A DNA stretch of 64,000 nucleotides from Octopus vulgaris (GCA_951406725.2 OX597835.1:38564001-38628000), one strand, 5' to 3'. Numbered from the stretch's first letter, positions 1-13,325 are shown. Numbers and translations: made by a program. The notes: generated from the letters alone by a model not told the origin.

Positions 1-260
1 ACAGGGCTGCACACAGACGGGACAGATTACAAAGTAGAGCTTTTCTTTTTGGGGAGAAAAAAAAAAAGTGGGGTCAGTTTTCGGTCAAAAGGGATCGTAA
101 AAGGGAAAGGAAAAAATACGGATCAATAAGGATCGTGTATCACAGAAATGACATGATGTAGTGTAAAGGGGGAAGCAGATAAGGTTTATCCGTGAAAAGA
201 AAAGCCTACGGAAAAAACCACGGTAACCTCGGTCAATAATCTTACATGTTACCACATTCG
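1..260 (-). mobile_element. Probable LINE 3' UTR/tail remnant, running off the window start
   Basis: Bases 1-25 (ACAGGGCTGCACACAGACGGGACA) resemble the terminal tail of SINE family B (ACAAGGGGCTAAACACAGAGGGGACA) but continue into unrelated sequence. No ORF recognised. Confidence 0.35.
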
Positions 261-493
261 TTTGCAAGTAGGTAACCCTCTGTTTTAAATTTTTCCAAGT
301 TCATAGGACTATGCTCAAGGTGGCTTAATATAACTATACATAACAAACGAAAGTAATTATTAAATATAGCTATACATATAAAGGAAACGTGTTGTACAAA
401 AGATATCCCAATTTGTTGAAAATTCCAAAAACTAAGGCAAAAATACCGAAAATTGCTCAATAAAATCAATATAATTTTATGCCAAAATCCACA

Positions 494-676
494 TAAGCCG
501 ATTTGCTGCTGATGAGAGACATTCGTAAACCGAGGTCTTATTGTATCCTGTACCAACAGTTTCGTTCAAATAACCAGGAAGGCATTTCTAACGCTTCACT
601 ACATCAAAATCCTCATGAACAACATACAATGAGACCTCGGTTTACGAATGTCTCTCATCAGCAGCAAGTCGGCTTA
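494..676. repeat. 53-bp inverted repeat with 77-bp spacer
   Basis: 494-546 matches the reverse complement of 624-676 at 51/53 positions. Confidence 0.9.
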
Positions 677-822
677 CGAACAATTTTTCGAACATATAAC
701 GTCTCGAGTGACAAACGGTGTCTCGAATAACGAACCCGAAAGTCGGCAACAATAGTGTTCGCGACAAGCTGAAAGTATCATCAAGAGAGAGTTGCAGTTT
801 AGCTTTCGCTCAGTACGCATTC

Positions 823-1198
823 CTGTGTGGTAAGAAGCTTGATTACGAACCACATGGTTCCAGGTTCAGTCCCACTGCGTGGCACCTTCAGCAACTGTCT
901 TTTACTATAGCATCTGGCCGACCAAAGCCTTGTGAGTGGATTTGGTAGACGGAAACTGAAAGAAGCCCGTCGTATATATGTAAATATGTGTATAAATGTA
1001 TGTATGTGTGTATATGTTTGTGTGTTTGTGTTTGTCCCCCCAACATCGCTTGACAACCGACGCTGGTGTAACTTAGCGGTTCGGCAAAAGACCGATAGAA
1101 TAAGTACTAGAGAATAAGTTGTGGAGTCGATTTGTTCGATAAAGGCGGTGCTCCAGCATGGCCACAGTCAAATGACTGAAACAAGTAAAAGGGTAGAG
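823..1198 (+). mobile_element. SINE family A (tRNA-derived head, internal TA/TG microsatellite)
   Basis: Matches more than 15 other copies in the window. B-box-like GGTTCAGTCCC; 3' tail TGACTGAAACAAGTAAAAG. Confidence 0.9.
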
Positions 1199-1199
1199 A

Positions 1200-1236
<37 letters not shown>

Positions 1237-1242
1237 TACATA

Positions 1243-1403
1243 TACGATAGGCGTTCAATTTCCGTCTACCAAATCCACTCAGATGGCTTTGGCAGGCCCG
1301 AAGCGATAGTAGAAGACTCTTACCAAAGGTGCTACGCAATGGGACTGAACCCAGAACCATGAAGCTGGGAAGCAAACTTCTTACCCGACAGCCACGCCTA
1401 CGC
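1243..1403 (-). mobile_element. SINE A, 5' half
   Basis: Reverse complement of the SINE A head, up to the internal (TA)n. Confidence 0.85.
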
Positions 1404-1493
1404 TTTTGTGCGTATGTGTGTTTATACGGAAGCGTGTACGAATGTATGTGTATTCGTATATATGTATATACATATCAAAGTATATCCTACTAT

Positions 1494-1717
1494 ATTCTTT
1501 ACTACCCACGAGGGGCTAAACACAGAGAGGACAAACAAAGACAGACAAACGGATCAAGTCGATTATATCGACCCCAGGCCGTAACTGGTACTTATTTAAT
1601 CGACCCCAAAAGGATGAAAGGCAAAGTCGACCGCGGCAGAATTTGAACTCAGAACGTAGCGGCAGACGAAAAACTGCTTAGATTTTCGTCTGGCGTGCAG
1701 ACGTTTCTGCCAGCTCG
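1494..1717 (-). mobile_element. SINE family B
   Basis: Sense reads GAGCTGGCAGAAACG...GAGTTCAAATTC (A/B-box-like)...GCCTTTCATCCTTTTGGGGTCGAT...; more than 10 copies in the window. Confidence 0.9.
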
Positions 1718-2029
1718 ATATCCGTTAAACAGACCCTACGTACGTTTAATAGAACCTACCTACACGACAGCATAAGCTAAAAATTAGAGCGTTGTAATTT
1801 AGAACACTGGTTCTTAGATGATGTTAACAGAGATTCAAGGCTTATATATACTGAAAGCAAAATATTTGTTAACTACATAATTATTGTATGTCAAACGATG
1901 CATGTTCATATTGTGTTAAATATATCAGGTGTACCATGCATAGTCGAACGTATTACAATCGCATGGTTGTATAAATATAGTAATGTATAGACATATATAT
2001 TGAACCCGGTCTTGCGCACACGTACACGC

Positions 2030-2254
2030 CAGTGTATATGTGTGTGTGCGTGTATGTGTATGTATACATCTTCTCTCTTTCTCTCTCTCTTTTTCTCTCT
2101 CTCTCTCTCTCTTTCTATATATATATACATATATATATATATATTTGTGTTTGTATGTATATATGGATGTACGTTCGTATGTATCTCTCTTTCTTTCTCT
2201 TTCTCTCTTTCTCTCTCTATATATATGTGATGTGTGTGAAATATATATGTATAT

Positions 2255-2309
<55 letters not shown>

Positions 2310-2349
2310 CATATACACACACACACAAATAGATAGATATATATATATG

Positions 2350-2438
<89 letters not shown>

Positions 2439-3072
2439 CGTACGTACATATATACATACATACATATGTACGTACACATGTACATACGTGTGTGTCTGTG
2501 TCTGTGCATGTGTATGTGTGTGTGTGTGTGTCTAAAATCCTATCTCTATATTCAGGTACATACTCCCTCACACGGAAAGCACAAGTATACTTATACATAC
2601 GCAGGCAATGCAAATCAGGTAATCCAATCAAGGTGTACGTGAATAATTTCATCAAAACAGGCATACACTCATATACGCAACATACATGCGTGTACACACA
2701 CACACTCATATATATATGTGTGTATAATATATATATATGTATATATATATGTGTGTGAGCGTCTGTATGTATATATACATATATATATGTTTATATATAT
2801 ACACATACATATATGTATATATGTATACACACATATACACATAGACATCACCTACGCACATTACTTCCGAGAGAAACACAAGCCAATTTTGCGTGTGTAT
2901 ATGCCTGTACGTGGGTGTATTTACAAGTGTAAGTTAATATGTGTGTGTGTGTGTGGTTAGGTGAGTGGGGTGTGTTTTTTAGCAAGACATAATTATACTG
3001 TTTCGGTTGAGTTTTTTAATGTCACACATCAGCTCTAATAATATACATTCTTTTCCTCCCACTCCATGTCTT

Positions 3073-3136
<64 letters not shown>

Positions 3137-3253
3137 CCATTTTCCATCTTCCGATATTTATATACATGTAAAGCAATAACACAATTTAATATGCATACTC
3201 ACAAATCAGTATGTATATATGTATATATATATATACGTATATACATACATATA

Positions 3254-3321
<68 letters not shown>

Positions 3322-3366
3322 TGTATGTATGTATGTATGTATGTGTACATATATGTATATATGAAT

Positions 3367-3397
<31 letters not shown>

Positions 3398-3530
3398 CAA
3401 TATGTATATTAATATATTTATACATATAGAAATATATATGTATGTATACATGTATGTATGTAAGAATGCATATATAGCGATACATATATGCATTTGTGTG
3501 TGCGCGCGTACGCATGCGTGTGTTTATATA
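2030..3530. repeat. Compound microsatellite field (TA, CT, CA, TATG)
   Basis: Directly visible simple repeats. Confidence 0.95.
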
Positions 3531-4100
3531 TGCAAGTTCTAACAGATAGCTATTGCATTAAACATGATGTAACCAAATAACCACATAAGCACAAACAGCA
3601 ACAGCTACAACCATAATCTTTGAAAGGATAGACTGCCATAACCGGCAACTGAATCTATATGTAAACATACATTAAGGAAATAGTTAAGGATATACAAAGA
3701 AACATTAGTAAATCGCTGCAGCCAATGAAACTGCAGAAAGACATAAATGTAACGAGTGACTTCAAATAAGCTATATCATTACCAATATTCAAATTATTTG
3801 CTTGAAATTATTCATTGAATTATTTATAATATTATGGAATTAATTGACAAAATATTTTAATTGTTTTGTAACGAACATGGATGGAGATTAAGTTCGACAA
3901 GGCCATATCAGTGTATTCCGACGCATCACGGGTTTGATTCTAGTAATGGCATCCATTATACAGTATTACACTTCCGGTGTGTTGCTGTATGATTTTGGGT
4001 AAATATGTCTTCGTAAGCAAAACTCACGTTTCAAGTAATGTGAGAATTTTTGGCTATAGCAATGGCCTCCGTTCAGTCAAACCAACCTACAGATTGTACG

Positions 4101-4541
4101 GGATCTTTTCGGTTTGAGCAGCAGTTTTTTCTAGCGGTGTCATGAAATTGTCACCCATAATTATGACCCTAGTATCGATCTATTGCATTTCAATCTGTTT
4201 TAGGGTTAGGGTTAGTTAGAGTTACTTAGGGTTAGGGTTGGGGTGGGGGGAAGGGTATCCTTTTTTTTCACAAATGTAAATAAACCCAATCTGTTTCTTA
4301 AACGAGGGAGACATATTCATACGGCACAGAATGTTTTCACCACAATAGACGTCATTGATTGGTTGAAATTACAAAAATTGAAGAAAAACAACAACAAATA
4401 TCTTACAAACTATAGAATTTTCTCAATAAAGCCAAGAGAAAAAGATGTTTTATAAACACATTCTACCACTATACGAAGTTTAAAAGTGTTTAGTTACGTG
4501 GAAATTATTTTAAAAAGCTGCCGTTCAAACCGAGAAGATCC
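4101..4541. mobile_element. Non-autonomous TIR DNA transposon (MITE) with 9-bp TSD and internal TTAGGG repeats
   Basis: TIRs GGATCTTTTCGGTTTGAGCAGCAG (4101-4124) and CTGCCGTTCAAACCGAGAAGATCC (4518-4541). Flanks GATTGTACG and GATTGCACG (8/9 match). TTAGGG units at ~4200-4240. Confidence 0.85.
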
Positions 4542-4911
4542 GATTGCACGTCCGTTTACGATGAAAGGCTTTCTAAAAATTTATATCAAATATACATAAT
4601 TTACGAAGTTGTAAAATGATAATCATGGAAGTCAGTTTGTGGCCGAGTTCAACCGCTTTCTAAGCTCAGTAAATCTAAATAAACGTTCGGAGAGACCAAA
4701 AAGTTTCTGTGCATGAATTTGCTTTGAATAGATCAAGTGTTGCACAGCATTGAACCCACTTGTCAGCACAATCAGCTATAGCACAAGTGCAGGGCTGGAT
4801 GAAGACATACAGAGGCGCCTAAACACTTAAAAGGTCTTAGTGCCTCCACATAAAATTAATCCAAAATATAAATAATAATATACCATAAAATAAGTTTTTA
4901 TTTAACAAAAT

Positions 4912-5330
4912 AGGCGTAGGAGTGGCTGTGTGGTAAGTAGCTTGCTTACCAACCACATCGTTCTGGGTTCAGTCCCACTGCGTCGCAACTTGAGCAAGTG
5001 TCTTCTACTATAGCCACGGGCTGACCAAAGCCTTGTGAGTGGACTTGGTAGAAGGAAACTTAAAGAATCCTGTCGTATATATGTATCTATATATGTGTGT
5101 GTGTATATGTTTTTGTGTTTGTGTTTGTACCCCCACCCACCCAACATCGCTTGAGGACCGATGCTGGTGTGTTTACGTCCCCGTAACTTAGCGGTTCGGC
5201 AAAAGAGCCCGATAGAATAAGTACTAGGGTTACAAAGAATAAGTCCTGGAGTCGATTTGCTCGACTGAAGGCGGTGCTCCAGCATGGCCGCAGTCAAATG
5301 ACTGAAACAAGTAAAGGAGTAAAAGAGTAA
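4912..5330 (+). mobile_element. SINE A, full length
   Basis: GGCGTAGGAGTGGCTGTGTGGTAAG head (A box TGGCTGTGTGG), CTTGAGCAAGT CORE-like motif, (AAAAGAGT)n tail. Confidence 0.92.
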
Positions 5331-5456
5331 AGGAATATAGAAAAGAAAAGAAGACGAGAATGGAGATTGTGTTAATAAGAGTTTATTACCAACAACGAAT
5401 CGAACATTATCCCTTACAGCTGTTTCAGTTATACACAGTGAATTAATTGAATATTA

Positions 5457-5542
5457 GTAGAAGACACTTGTCCAAGTTGTCACACAGTGGGAATGAACCC
5501 GGAACCATGTGTTTGGTAAGCAAGCTACTTACCACACAGCCG
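5457..5542 (-). mobile_element. SINE A head fragment
   Basis: Reverse complement of the SINE A head. Confidence 0.8.
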
Positions 5543-5546
5543 TATA

Positions 5547-5603
<57 letters not shown>

Positions 5604-5967
5604 AGTGAAGACATTTGAAAGATACACATAAATATAATTTGTGGAGCTTTATACATGCTGGATTTCGGTCGAGCGCCCTGTATCTAGTTCTAGAAATTGT
5701 ATTTCGTAAACGACAGACTACGCTGACGATCTTGCAGATGATTACGTACCCATATACGTAAATATTAACAAGTGAAACTAATTAGTACGTAGGTAATCGT
5801 TTTCGTATATTTTCATTTGTCTTGCTTATTTTTAAACTTTGGTTTTTTGCTGAATTTTTTCTTGAGAACACATTCTTCGTGGTAAATGGCGAGTTTGACG
5901 TCTATTTCTAGCATACAGGCTGTCCACGATTAGTGGTCATTCCTCTAAATTTTGTATATATATATAA

Positions 5968-6222
5968 CTGACACTCTGTCGGCTACGACGACGAGGGTTC
6001 CAGTTGATCCGATCAACGGAAAAGCCTGCCCTAGAAATTAACGTGTAAGTAGCTGATTACTCCTCAGACGTGTGTACCCATACCGTAGTTCTCAGAGAGA
6101 CTCAGCGTGATACAGGAAGTGACAAGGCAAGCCTTTCGAAATAAAGATACAACTCATTTTTGCCAGTTGAATGGATGGAAGAACGTGAAATAAAGAGTCT
6201 TGCTCAAGAATATAATGCGCCG
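5968..6222 (-). mobile_element. SINE family D (head truncated)
   Basis: Homologous to 9980-10297 and 46165-46482. Confidence 0.8.
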
Positions 6223-6254
6223 GAAATTTCAAGAGGTGTGGCCACGTCAGTGAC

Positions 6255-6403
6255 GTTGACCCCAACACTTCACTGGCACCCTATTTTATCCACCCCGAAG
6301 AGATGAAAGGCGAAGTTGAAATCGGTAGGATTTGAACTCAAAATGTAAAAATATGAAAGTAATATTTCTGTTTTGTCCTACGTGCTAATGATTCTGCCAG
6401 AGT
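6255..6403 (-). mobile_element. Degenerate SINE B
   Basis: CCCCGAAGAGATGAAAGGC...TTTGAACTCA...GATTCTGCCAG. Confidence 0.7.
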
Positions 6404-6437
6404 GGAATATATGTTTGTGTATGTGTGTGCATGAATC

Positions 6438-6494
<57 letters not shown>

Positions 6495-6499
<5 letters not shown>

Positions 6500-6797
6500 C
6501 GTGATCACTGTGACCGACCAGGCTTTCAGATGTTGCCACACATTGCTGGTCACAATGCGCTTCGCATGGTTTTAGCCTTCAAATGACGCCACCCCGCTGG
6601 CTAAGCAAAGCATGCCAACAGAAGAAAGAGTGAGAGAAAGTTGAGTACAGCAGGGATCGCCACCACCCCCTGCCGGAGAGTCGTGGAGCTTTAGGTGTTT
6701 TCGCTCAATAAACACTCACAATGACCGGTCTGGGAATCGAACCCACGATCCTACATCCGCGAGTCCGCTGCTCTAACCACTGGGCCATTGCGCCTCC
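6495..6797 (-). mobile_element. SINE family C (tRNA head, RTE-derived tail)
   Basis: Sense GGAGGCGCAATGGCCCAGTGGTTAG...GGTTCGATTCCC; tail GGTCACAGTGATCACGGTGAT; homologous to 45271-45584. Confidence 0.9.
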
Positions 6798-6814
6798 ATA
6801 TATATATATATATT

Positions 6815-7012
6815 CTTTCTTTCTTTTTTGTTTCAGTCATTTGACTGCGGCCATGCTGGAGCACCGCCTTTAGTCGAGCAACTCGACCCCGGGACTTATT
6901 CTTTTGTAAGCCTAGTACTTATCCTATCGGTCTCTTTTGCCGAACCGCTAAGTAACGGGGACATAAACACACCAGCATCAGTTGTCAAGCAATGCTAGGA
7001 GGACAAACACAG

Positions 7013-7045
<33 letters not shown>

Positions 7046-7207
7046 CATATATACGACGGGTTTCTTTCAGTTTCCGTCTACCAAATTCACTCACAAGGCT
7101 TTGGTCGGCCCGAGGCTATAGTAGAAGACACATGCCCAAGGTGCCACGCAATGGGACTGAACCGGAACCATGTGGTTGGTAAACAAGCTACCTACCACAC
7201 AGCCACT

Positions 7208-7210
<3 letters not shown>
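6815..7210 (-). mobile_element. SINE A, full length
   Basis: Reverse complement of the family A consensus. Confidence 0.92.
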
Positions 7211-7295
<85 letters not shown>

Positions 7296-7421
7296 TAAAG
7301 AAAGGATGATTCCTTCATCCATTTATATATATATATATATAATAATAAATATTAGGGAATAAATCCAAATTTACAGGGAAAAATCAGATTTAGGATTGAA
7401 TCCAATTTTATAGTAAAATAT

Positions 7422-7595
7422 TATATAATATTAATTAGAGACAAAACCACTATTATGCAAATCAAACAAAGAAAGACTTAATCCAAGAAACAATTGTAGT
7501 GGATAACTTAAATTTATTTAATTTATATAAAATTTTTTATGTATTGGATTAAGTCTTTCTTTGTTTGATTTGCATAATAGTGGTTTTGTCTCTAA

Positions 7596-7608
<13 letters not shown>
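7422..7608. repeat. Perfect ~65-bp inverted repeat embedded in (TA)n
   Basis: 7422-7486 is the reverse complement of 7544-7608. Confidence 0.9.
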
Positions 7609-7682
<74 letters not shown>

Positions 7683-7721
7683 CATGTTAGTATGTACGTA
7701 CGTATGTCCGTATGTATGTTG

Positions 7722-7835
7722 TTATATAGTTTTATTTCAAGATATCAAGCTAATAGAGAAACAATCAGTTTCTAACCTTTATCCAAATCTCCTTCTTTGA
7801 AATTTCAACATCAACAGCATGGTATTTTTGTATGC
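7722..7835 (-). mobile_element. 3' terminal fragment of the (CATA)n-associated R4-like LINE family
   Basis: Homologous to 61185-61275 (TTTTATTT.AAGAT...TAGAGAA...GTTTCTA.CCT...AATTTCAACATCAACAG); flanked by TATG repeats. Confidence 0.6.
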
Positions 7836-8299
7836 TTTATGTATACTGTACCGAATCAGACACAGTAGATAGTTAGTCATTTCCACGGTTCGAAACCGCA
7901 TCTTCAGAACAAGACAGACTGGCCAACTCTGTCTCCTCTGAAGGAACGGCTGTACGCCTTCGAAGCTTTAGTGTATCACCTCATTTGACAGGATTAAATG
8001 AACTATTACACGTTACATTCCTGTTGTGCTCTTCCTTCCTTGATAGGCGCCATTATAAAGTGTGTGTGTGCGTGTGTATTACATATATCGTTAATGTCAA
8101 AATATCCTATTATTATATACGAAGTTATAATAATTAACGAAAGAGGTATAGACACAACACGATAAATGTATAATAACCCTAGATAATAAAGATATTATGT
8201 TCTTTTATGGGTATGCAATAATACATACCCGACCCATCCATCCAACACACACACTAACACGCTCTTGTACGTAAATACTATGAAGCTAAATCACTTACA

Positions 8300-9101
<802 letters not shown>

Positions 9102-9979
9102 CTGCTTCGTATCCTTCCAGTCAATTGTTGTGCAAATGGCTGCCATCAAGCGGCCATTTTTGACTGTTACTCTTATCGTTCAATTTAATCATTTAGCATT
9201 CATTCATGCAATTTGTCTGGAGGCTGATTCTGTGACAAACTCTTTAATTACGTCCTGCTATTTCACATTTTTGCTACTTTTGGTAGACGATAACAAACGA
9301 CAGCAGGAGAAAGAGAGAACTTTAAACAAATAAACGAACGAACAAACAAAAGCAAGCAATGGACAAACATACCAGGGAATATAACAAGTAAACAAATAAA
9401 CAAAGAATGAAAGGAAGGAAGGAAGGAAGGAAGAGAGGAAGAAACAAAGGAAGAGAGAAATACGTTTATTTCAACATAATTACTGTGATTATTCAAGCCA
9501 GATTTTATGGAAGATTGAAGAACTAAACGAACAACTCGTCGCTATGTTTAGTGTAGGTGGATGTTGTTGTGTCTTTGTCTCTTGTTAGTCTGTGTGCTTG
9601 GGCAGAAGCGTACGTATATGTGTATGTTCGTGTGTGTTTTCGTGTGTGTTTGTGTGTGTGTGAGTGGTATCATGGTGTGTATGATCACTGTTGGCGTGAA
9701 AAGTAAAAAAATATCCATTGTATGTTGTAAGTTTTTATTTGTGTGGTGTGTTTTTTTCCTTGTCATTTTTCTCGATTTTCATTTTCGTTTTTTTTCCATT
9801 TGTCTTTTCTTTAACTGTCTTCGGTTTTTGCTGCTGTAAATATTGATTTAGTTAAGAAAGAGACTTTGGTTTACAATACAACCTGTTGAATATCAACAAT
9901 CGCTTCTTTCTATACTTGAATGTGAGGAAGTGCCAAAAATACAACGGCCCTCTACATTTTGTTTTCTGGTTTCGTGAAG

Positions 9980-10297
9980 TGGCACTCTGCCGGTTACGAT
10001 GACGAGGCGTCCCGTTGATCCGATCAACGGAAACTGCTCACGGAACTGACGTGCTGAGCGCTCCATAGACACACGTACACTCAACATAGTTTTCAGGAAG
10101 ATTCATCGTGACACAGAATGAGGTAAGGCTGGACCTTTGAGATACAGTTACAACACATATTTGCCAGCTGAGCGAACTGGAACAATGTGAAATAGAGTGT
10201 CTTCCGCAAAGACTCAAAGTGCCGCTTGGAATCGGAGATCGAGCTCCCGACTTTACGATCATAAGCTATAGATTAACCATTTAACCAGGCGTTCTCG
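9980..10297 (-). mobile_element. SINE D, degenerate, near full length
   Basis: Homology to 46165-46482. Confidence 0.8.
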
Positions 10298-11212
10298 CTG
10301 ATTTGGGGAAAGGCGAACAGTGGGTGTGGTCCTTTCTAGAGACTTCTATGACTGATGGTGTTGGAAGGTGGGAATTAGATTTCTATCTTTAGACTGGAGA
10401 CATGTTCTGAATGCTTCCAACGGCAAGAACTCCGCTAAAGGCAACCAAAGTTCGGGCAGTTGTGATTGTAGTGCCGGTAGAGGTGGTGCCGATGGTAATA
10501 GAGCTAAACGAGGTGACATAATACGTTAACTATCCAAAAATAAGAAAAATCCTTTCCAGTGGGCTCAAAACATCTGGTCGCCCTTCGGATGAAATGGAAG
10601 GTACTTTCTCAAAGTGCCGCGCAATGGGGTTGAACCTGAAATAACGCTGTGACGAACGAAGGGAACTCTACCACGCAGCTATACTGGTATCTATATAGCT
10701 TATATTGCCAGAAATGCCAGCCATATCCCACTCAAATTATACAGTCTCAGATAAAACGTAGGATACAAAGAAGACTATAGTCCTAAATATACAATAATCT
10801 GTAGAAAAATGATTATATGATGGTCACTATTGAGACCTTTCATCAAAAGATGCCTGATCAGGATTAAACAACACTTAAACAACAACGACTTCGCTATAAT
10901 CTGCAATATTTCATAGACATAAACGATAAAATACAGAGCCAACGAGAAAGCAGAAAACAGGGCGCGTGACCTGTAGGAGATAATAGCCAAATTTTCTTTA
11001 AATCCCAGATTTTCTTTATGAAGTGAGATATCATGTTAGATAAAGTAGTCCTAGATACCTACACCATGTGTGCGTATATATATATATATATATATATATA
11101 GATATATTACTCTACCAATTACTCTTCAATAATTTAAGTAGTATTGTTAGCTTGGTGTGCCAACAGTGGGCTTATGAAGTATTTTACCTGTATTGACAAT
11201 TCCTCAGTATTT

Positions 11213-11260
<48 letters not shown>

Positions 11261-11511
11261 CTCTACATACATATATATATATATTATCCGATTCTAGGTT
11301 GTCCATTTATCGAATGTTCTTCCTAGAGGTAAGACAATTTTTTTTCATATTTGTTGCACACACGTCTTTGCTTGTAAATACGCAGTGAATCTATACAATA
11401 GCGTCGTATTTATATCGATTGCTATTTTCCAGTAAATATTGGTGCCTTGTTGTACCATTTATCTACTTTTATATGTATACTTTTACCCTTATGGGGCTAT
11501 TGCATTATTAT

Positions 11512-11587
<76 letters not shown>

Positions 11588-11656
11588 ATTTATGAACATA
11601 TATGTATATATATATATGTGTGTATGTATGTATATATGTATGTATGTAAGTACGTA

Positions 11657-11880
11657 TACGAGAGGGTGCGGTAAAGTTCCTGGTCTTGGGTAAAAGAAAA
11701 TGAAACAGGATCAGTTAATTATGATTTGATCCTACATATTCCCCTCTCAGATTCATGCATTTACAGCAGTGGTCCTTTAGTTTTTCTAAGCCCTGTAAAA
11801 AGAATTCGGAAGTTTGGGTCTCCAACCATGGCATTTTGCGATACCCTTAAAGCCATTAATAGTTCAGCACCCCGCTCGTA
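11657..11880 (-). mobile_element. Mariner-derived MITE
   Basis: TA-flanked TIRs TACGAGAGGGTGCGGTAAAGTT and AGTTCAGCACCCCGCTCGTA. The minus strand encodes the mariner C-terminus EFFLQGLEKLKDHCCKCMNLRGEYV. Confidence 0.85.
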
Positions 11881-12349
11881 TATTTGGCTTCAGCAGAACT
11901 TTAAACGGAAAAACGAAAACAGGGGCCGAATCCTTTACCACACGTCTTAATGATTCCGATATTTAGCCAGCCCATTCTTCCTTTCGTTCCAGTTTATATC
12001 TAAGGGGAGTCACCGAGCACGGCGATGAAGCCTGACTTACTAAGACTAATACTGATAAATGATTATATCCATCACGACAGTCAAAGATTGGAGCTGATTG
12101 ATCAATTAGAAGACATCATTGTAAATAATGTTGTCTTGACAGTAATATAGATAGAAATATTTACATTAATTTTCCTGTCTTTGGCGAATGTGTATATCAA
12201 AACATAAAGTCATTTATGTCTATCTCTGCAACCTTTTCTTGTCTGAATTTGTAGTATCATCTTTGAACATATTACTGCAATGCTGACAAAGTTGTAACTG
12301 TGTGAAAGTTCGTGTCTCTGTCTCTTCGCTTTTTTGTCAGCTTGTTTTT

Positions 12350-12350
12350 A

Positions 12351-12420
<70 letters not shown>

Positions 12421-12470
12421 CCTACCTACCTACCTACCTACCTATCTATCTATCTATCTATCTATCTATA

Positions 12471-12508
<38 letters not shown>

Positions 12509-12542
12509 CCTATCTATCTCATGTATATATATATATATATAT
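12350..12542. repeat. (TCTA)n/(CCTA)n microsatellite
   Basis: Directly visible. Confidence 0.95.
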
Positions 12543-12699
12543 ATTTCTATACTACCCACAAGGTGCTAAACACAGAGGAGACAAACAAGGACAGACAAAC
12601 GGATTAAGGCGATTATATCGACCCCAGTACGTAACTGGTACTTATTTAATCGACCCCGAAAGGATGAAAGGCAAAGTCGACCTCGGCGGAATTTGAACT
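12543..12699 (-). mobile_element. SINE B, 5'-truncated
   Basis: Family B body and tail. Confidence 0.9.
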
Positions 12700-12744
12700 G
12701 TATAATTTAGTAAAATATACAATATGTGTTTACACATAAAAATA

Positions 12745-12813
12745 GGGGTGGGGCGGCAAGGGTTTTATGTGGCCATGAGGGGGGCGGTGGCCCAAAAAGT
12801 TTAAGAACATCTG
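12745..12813. mobile_element. Possible hAT-type MITE terminus
   Basis: GGGGGCGGTGGCCCAAAAAGTTTAAGAACATCTG resembles hAT/Charlie-type ends. The partner end was not found. Confidence 0.3.
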
Positions 12814-12954
12814 CTTTAAAGTAACCAGGAATAATTTGAGTGAGATAAGGAATAATTTAAACGACTCGACCAAACAGAAGCTTTCTTGTTGGACCAAAAT
12901 GATTTTGTTATTGTCTACTTTAGAAAAAATCGGGTCGTCTGCTATTATCTTTTA

Positions 12955-13325
12955 TTCGTTTCAGCCTCTTGGTCATTGGACTGCGGCCATGCTAGAGCAC
13001 CTCCATCAAGGGTTTAGTCGAACAATTCAACCCGCCTCCAAAATTTATTTTAGTAGGATATTTATTCTGTCGTCTCTTTTGCCATGTTGCTAAGTTACGG
13101 GAACGTAAACAGACCAACAGCGGTACTCCATAAAAAAGCATAAACGCGCACACAAACGACGGGATTCTTTCAGTTTCTGTCCACCAAGTTCGCTCACAAG
13201 GCTTTGATCAGCGTGGGGCAATAGTAACAGTAAAAGGCAAGTGTCTGAGTTGCTGCGGAGAGGGATGAACCCACAACCATGTGGTTGGGAAGCTAGTTTC
13301 TTAACCGCTCGACCATTCCTTCGCC
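12955..13325 (-). mobile_element. SINE A, degenerate
   Basis: CTGCGGCCATGCTAGAGCACC...CTAAGTTACGGGAACGTAAACA...CCATGTGGTTGGGAAGC. Confidence 0.8.

Noticed and set aside
4200-4256. TTAGGG repeats as a true telomere or chromosome fusion scar
   Set aside because: Only a few degenerate units, single orientation, and internal to a TIR/TSD-bounded element.
7875-7915. Minus-strand CTGAAGA-stem-GAAA hammerhead-like motif
   Set aside because: No convincing stem I or stem III, and no correctly placed NUH triplet.
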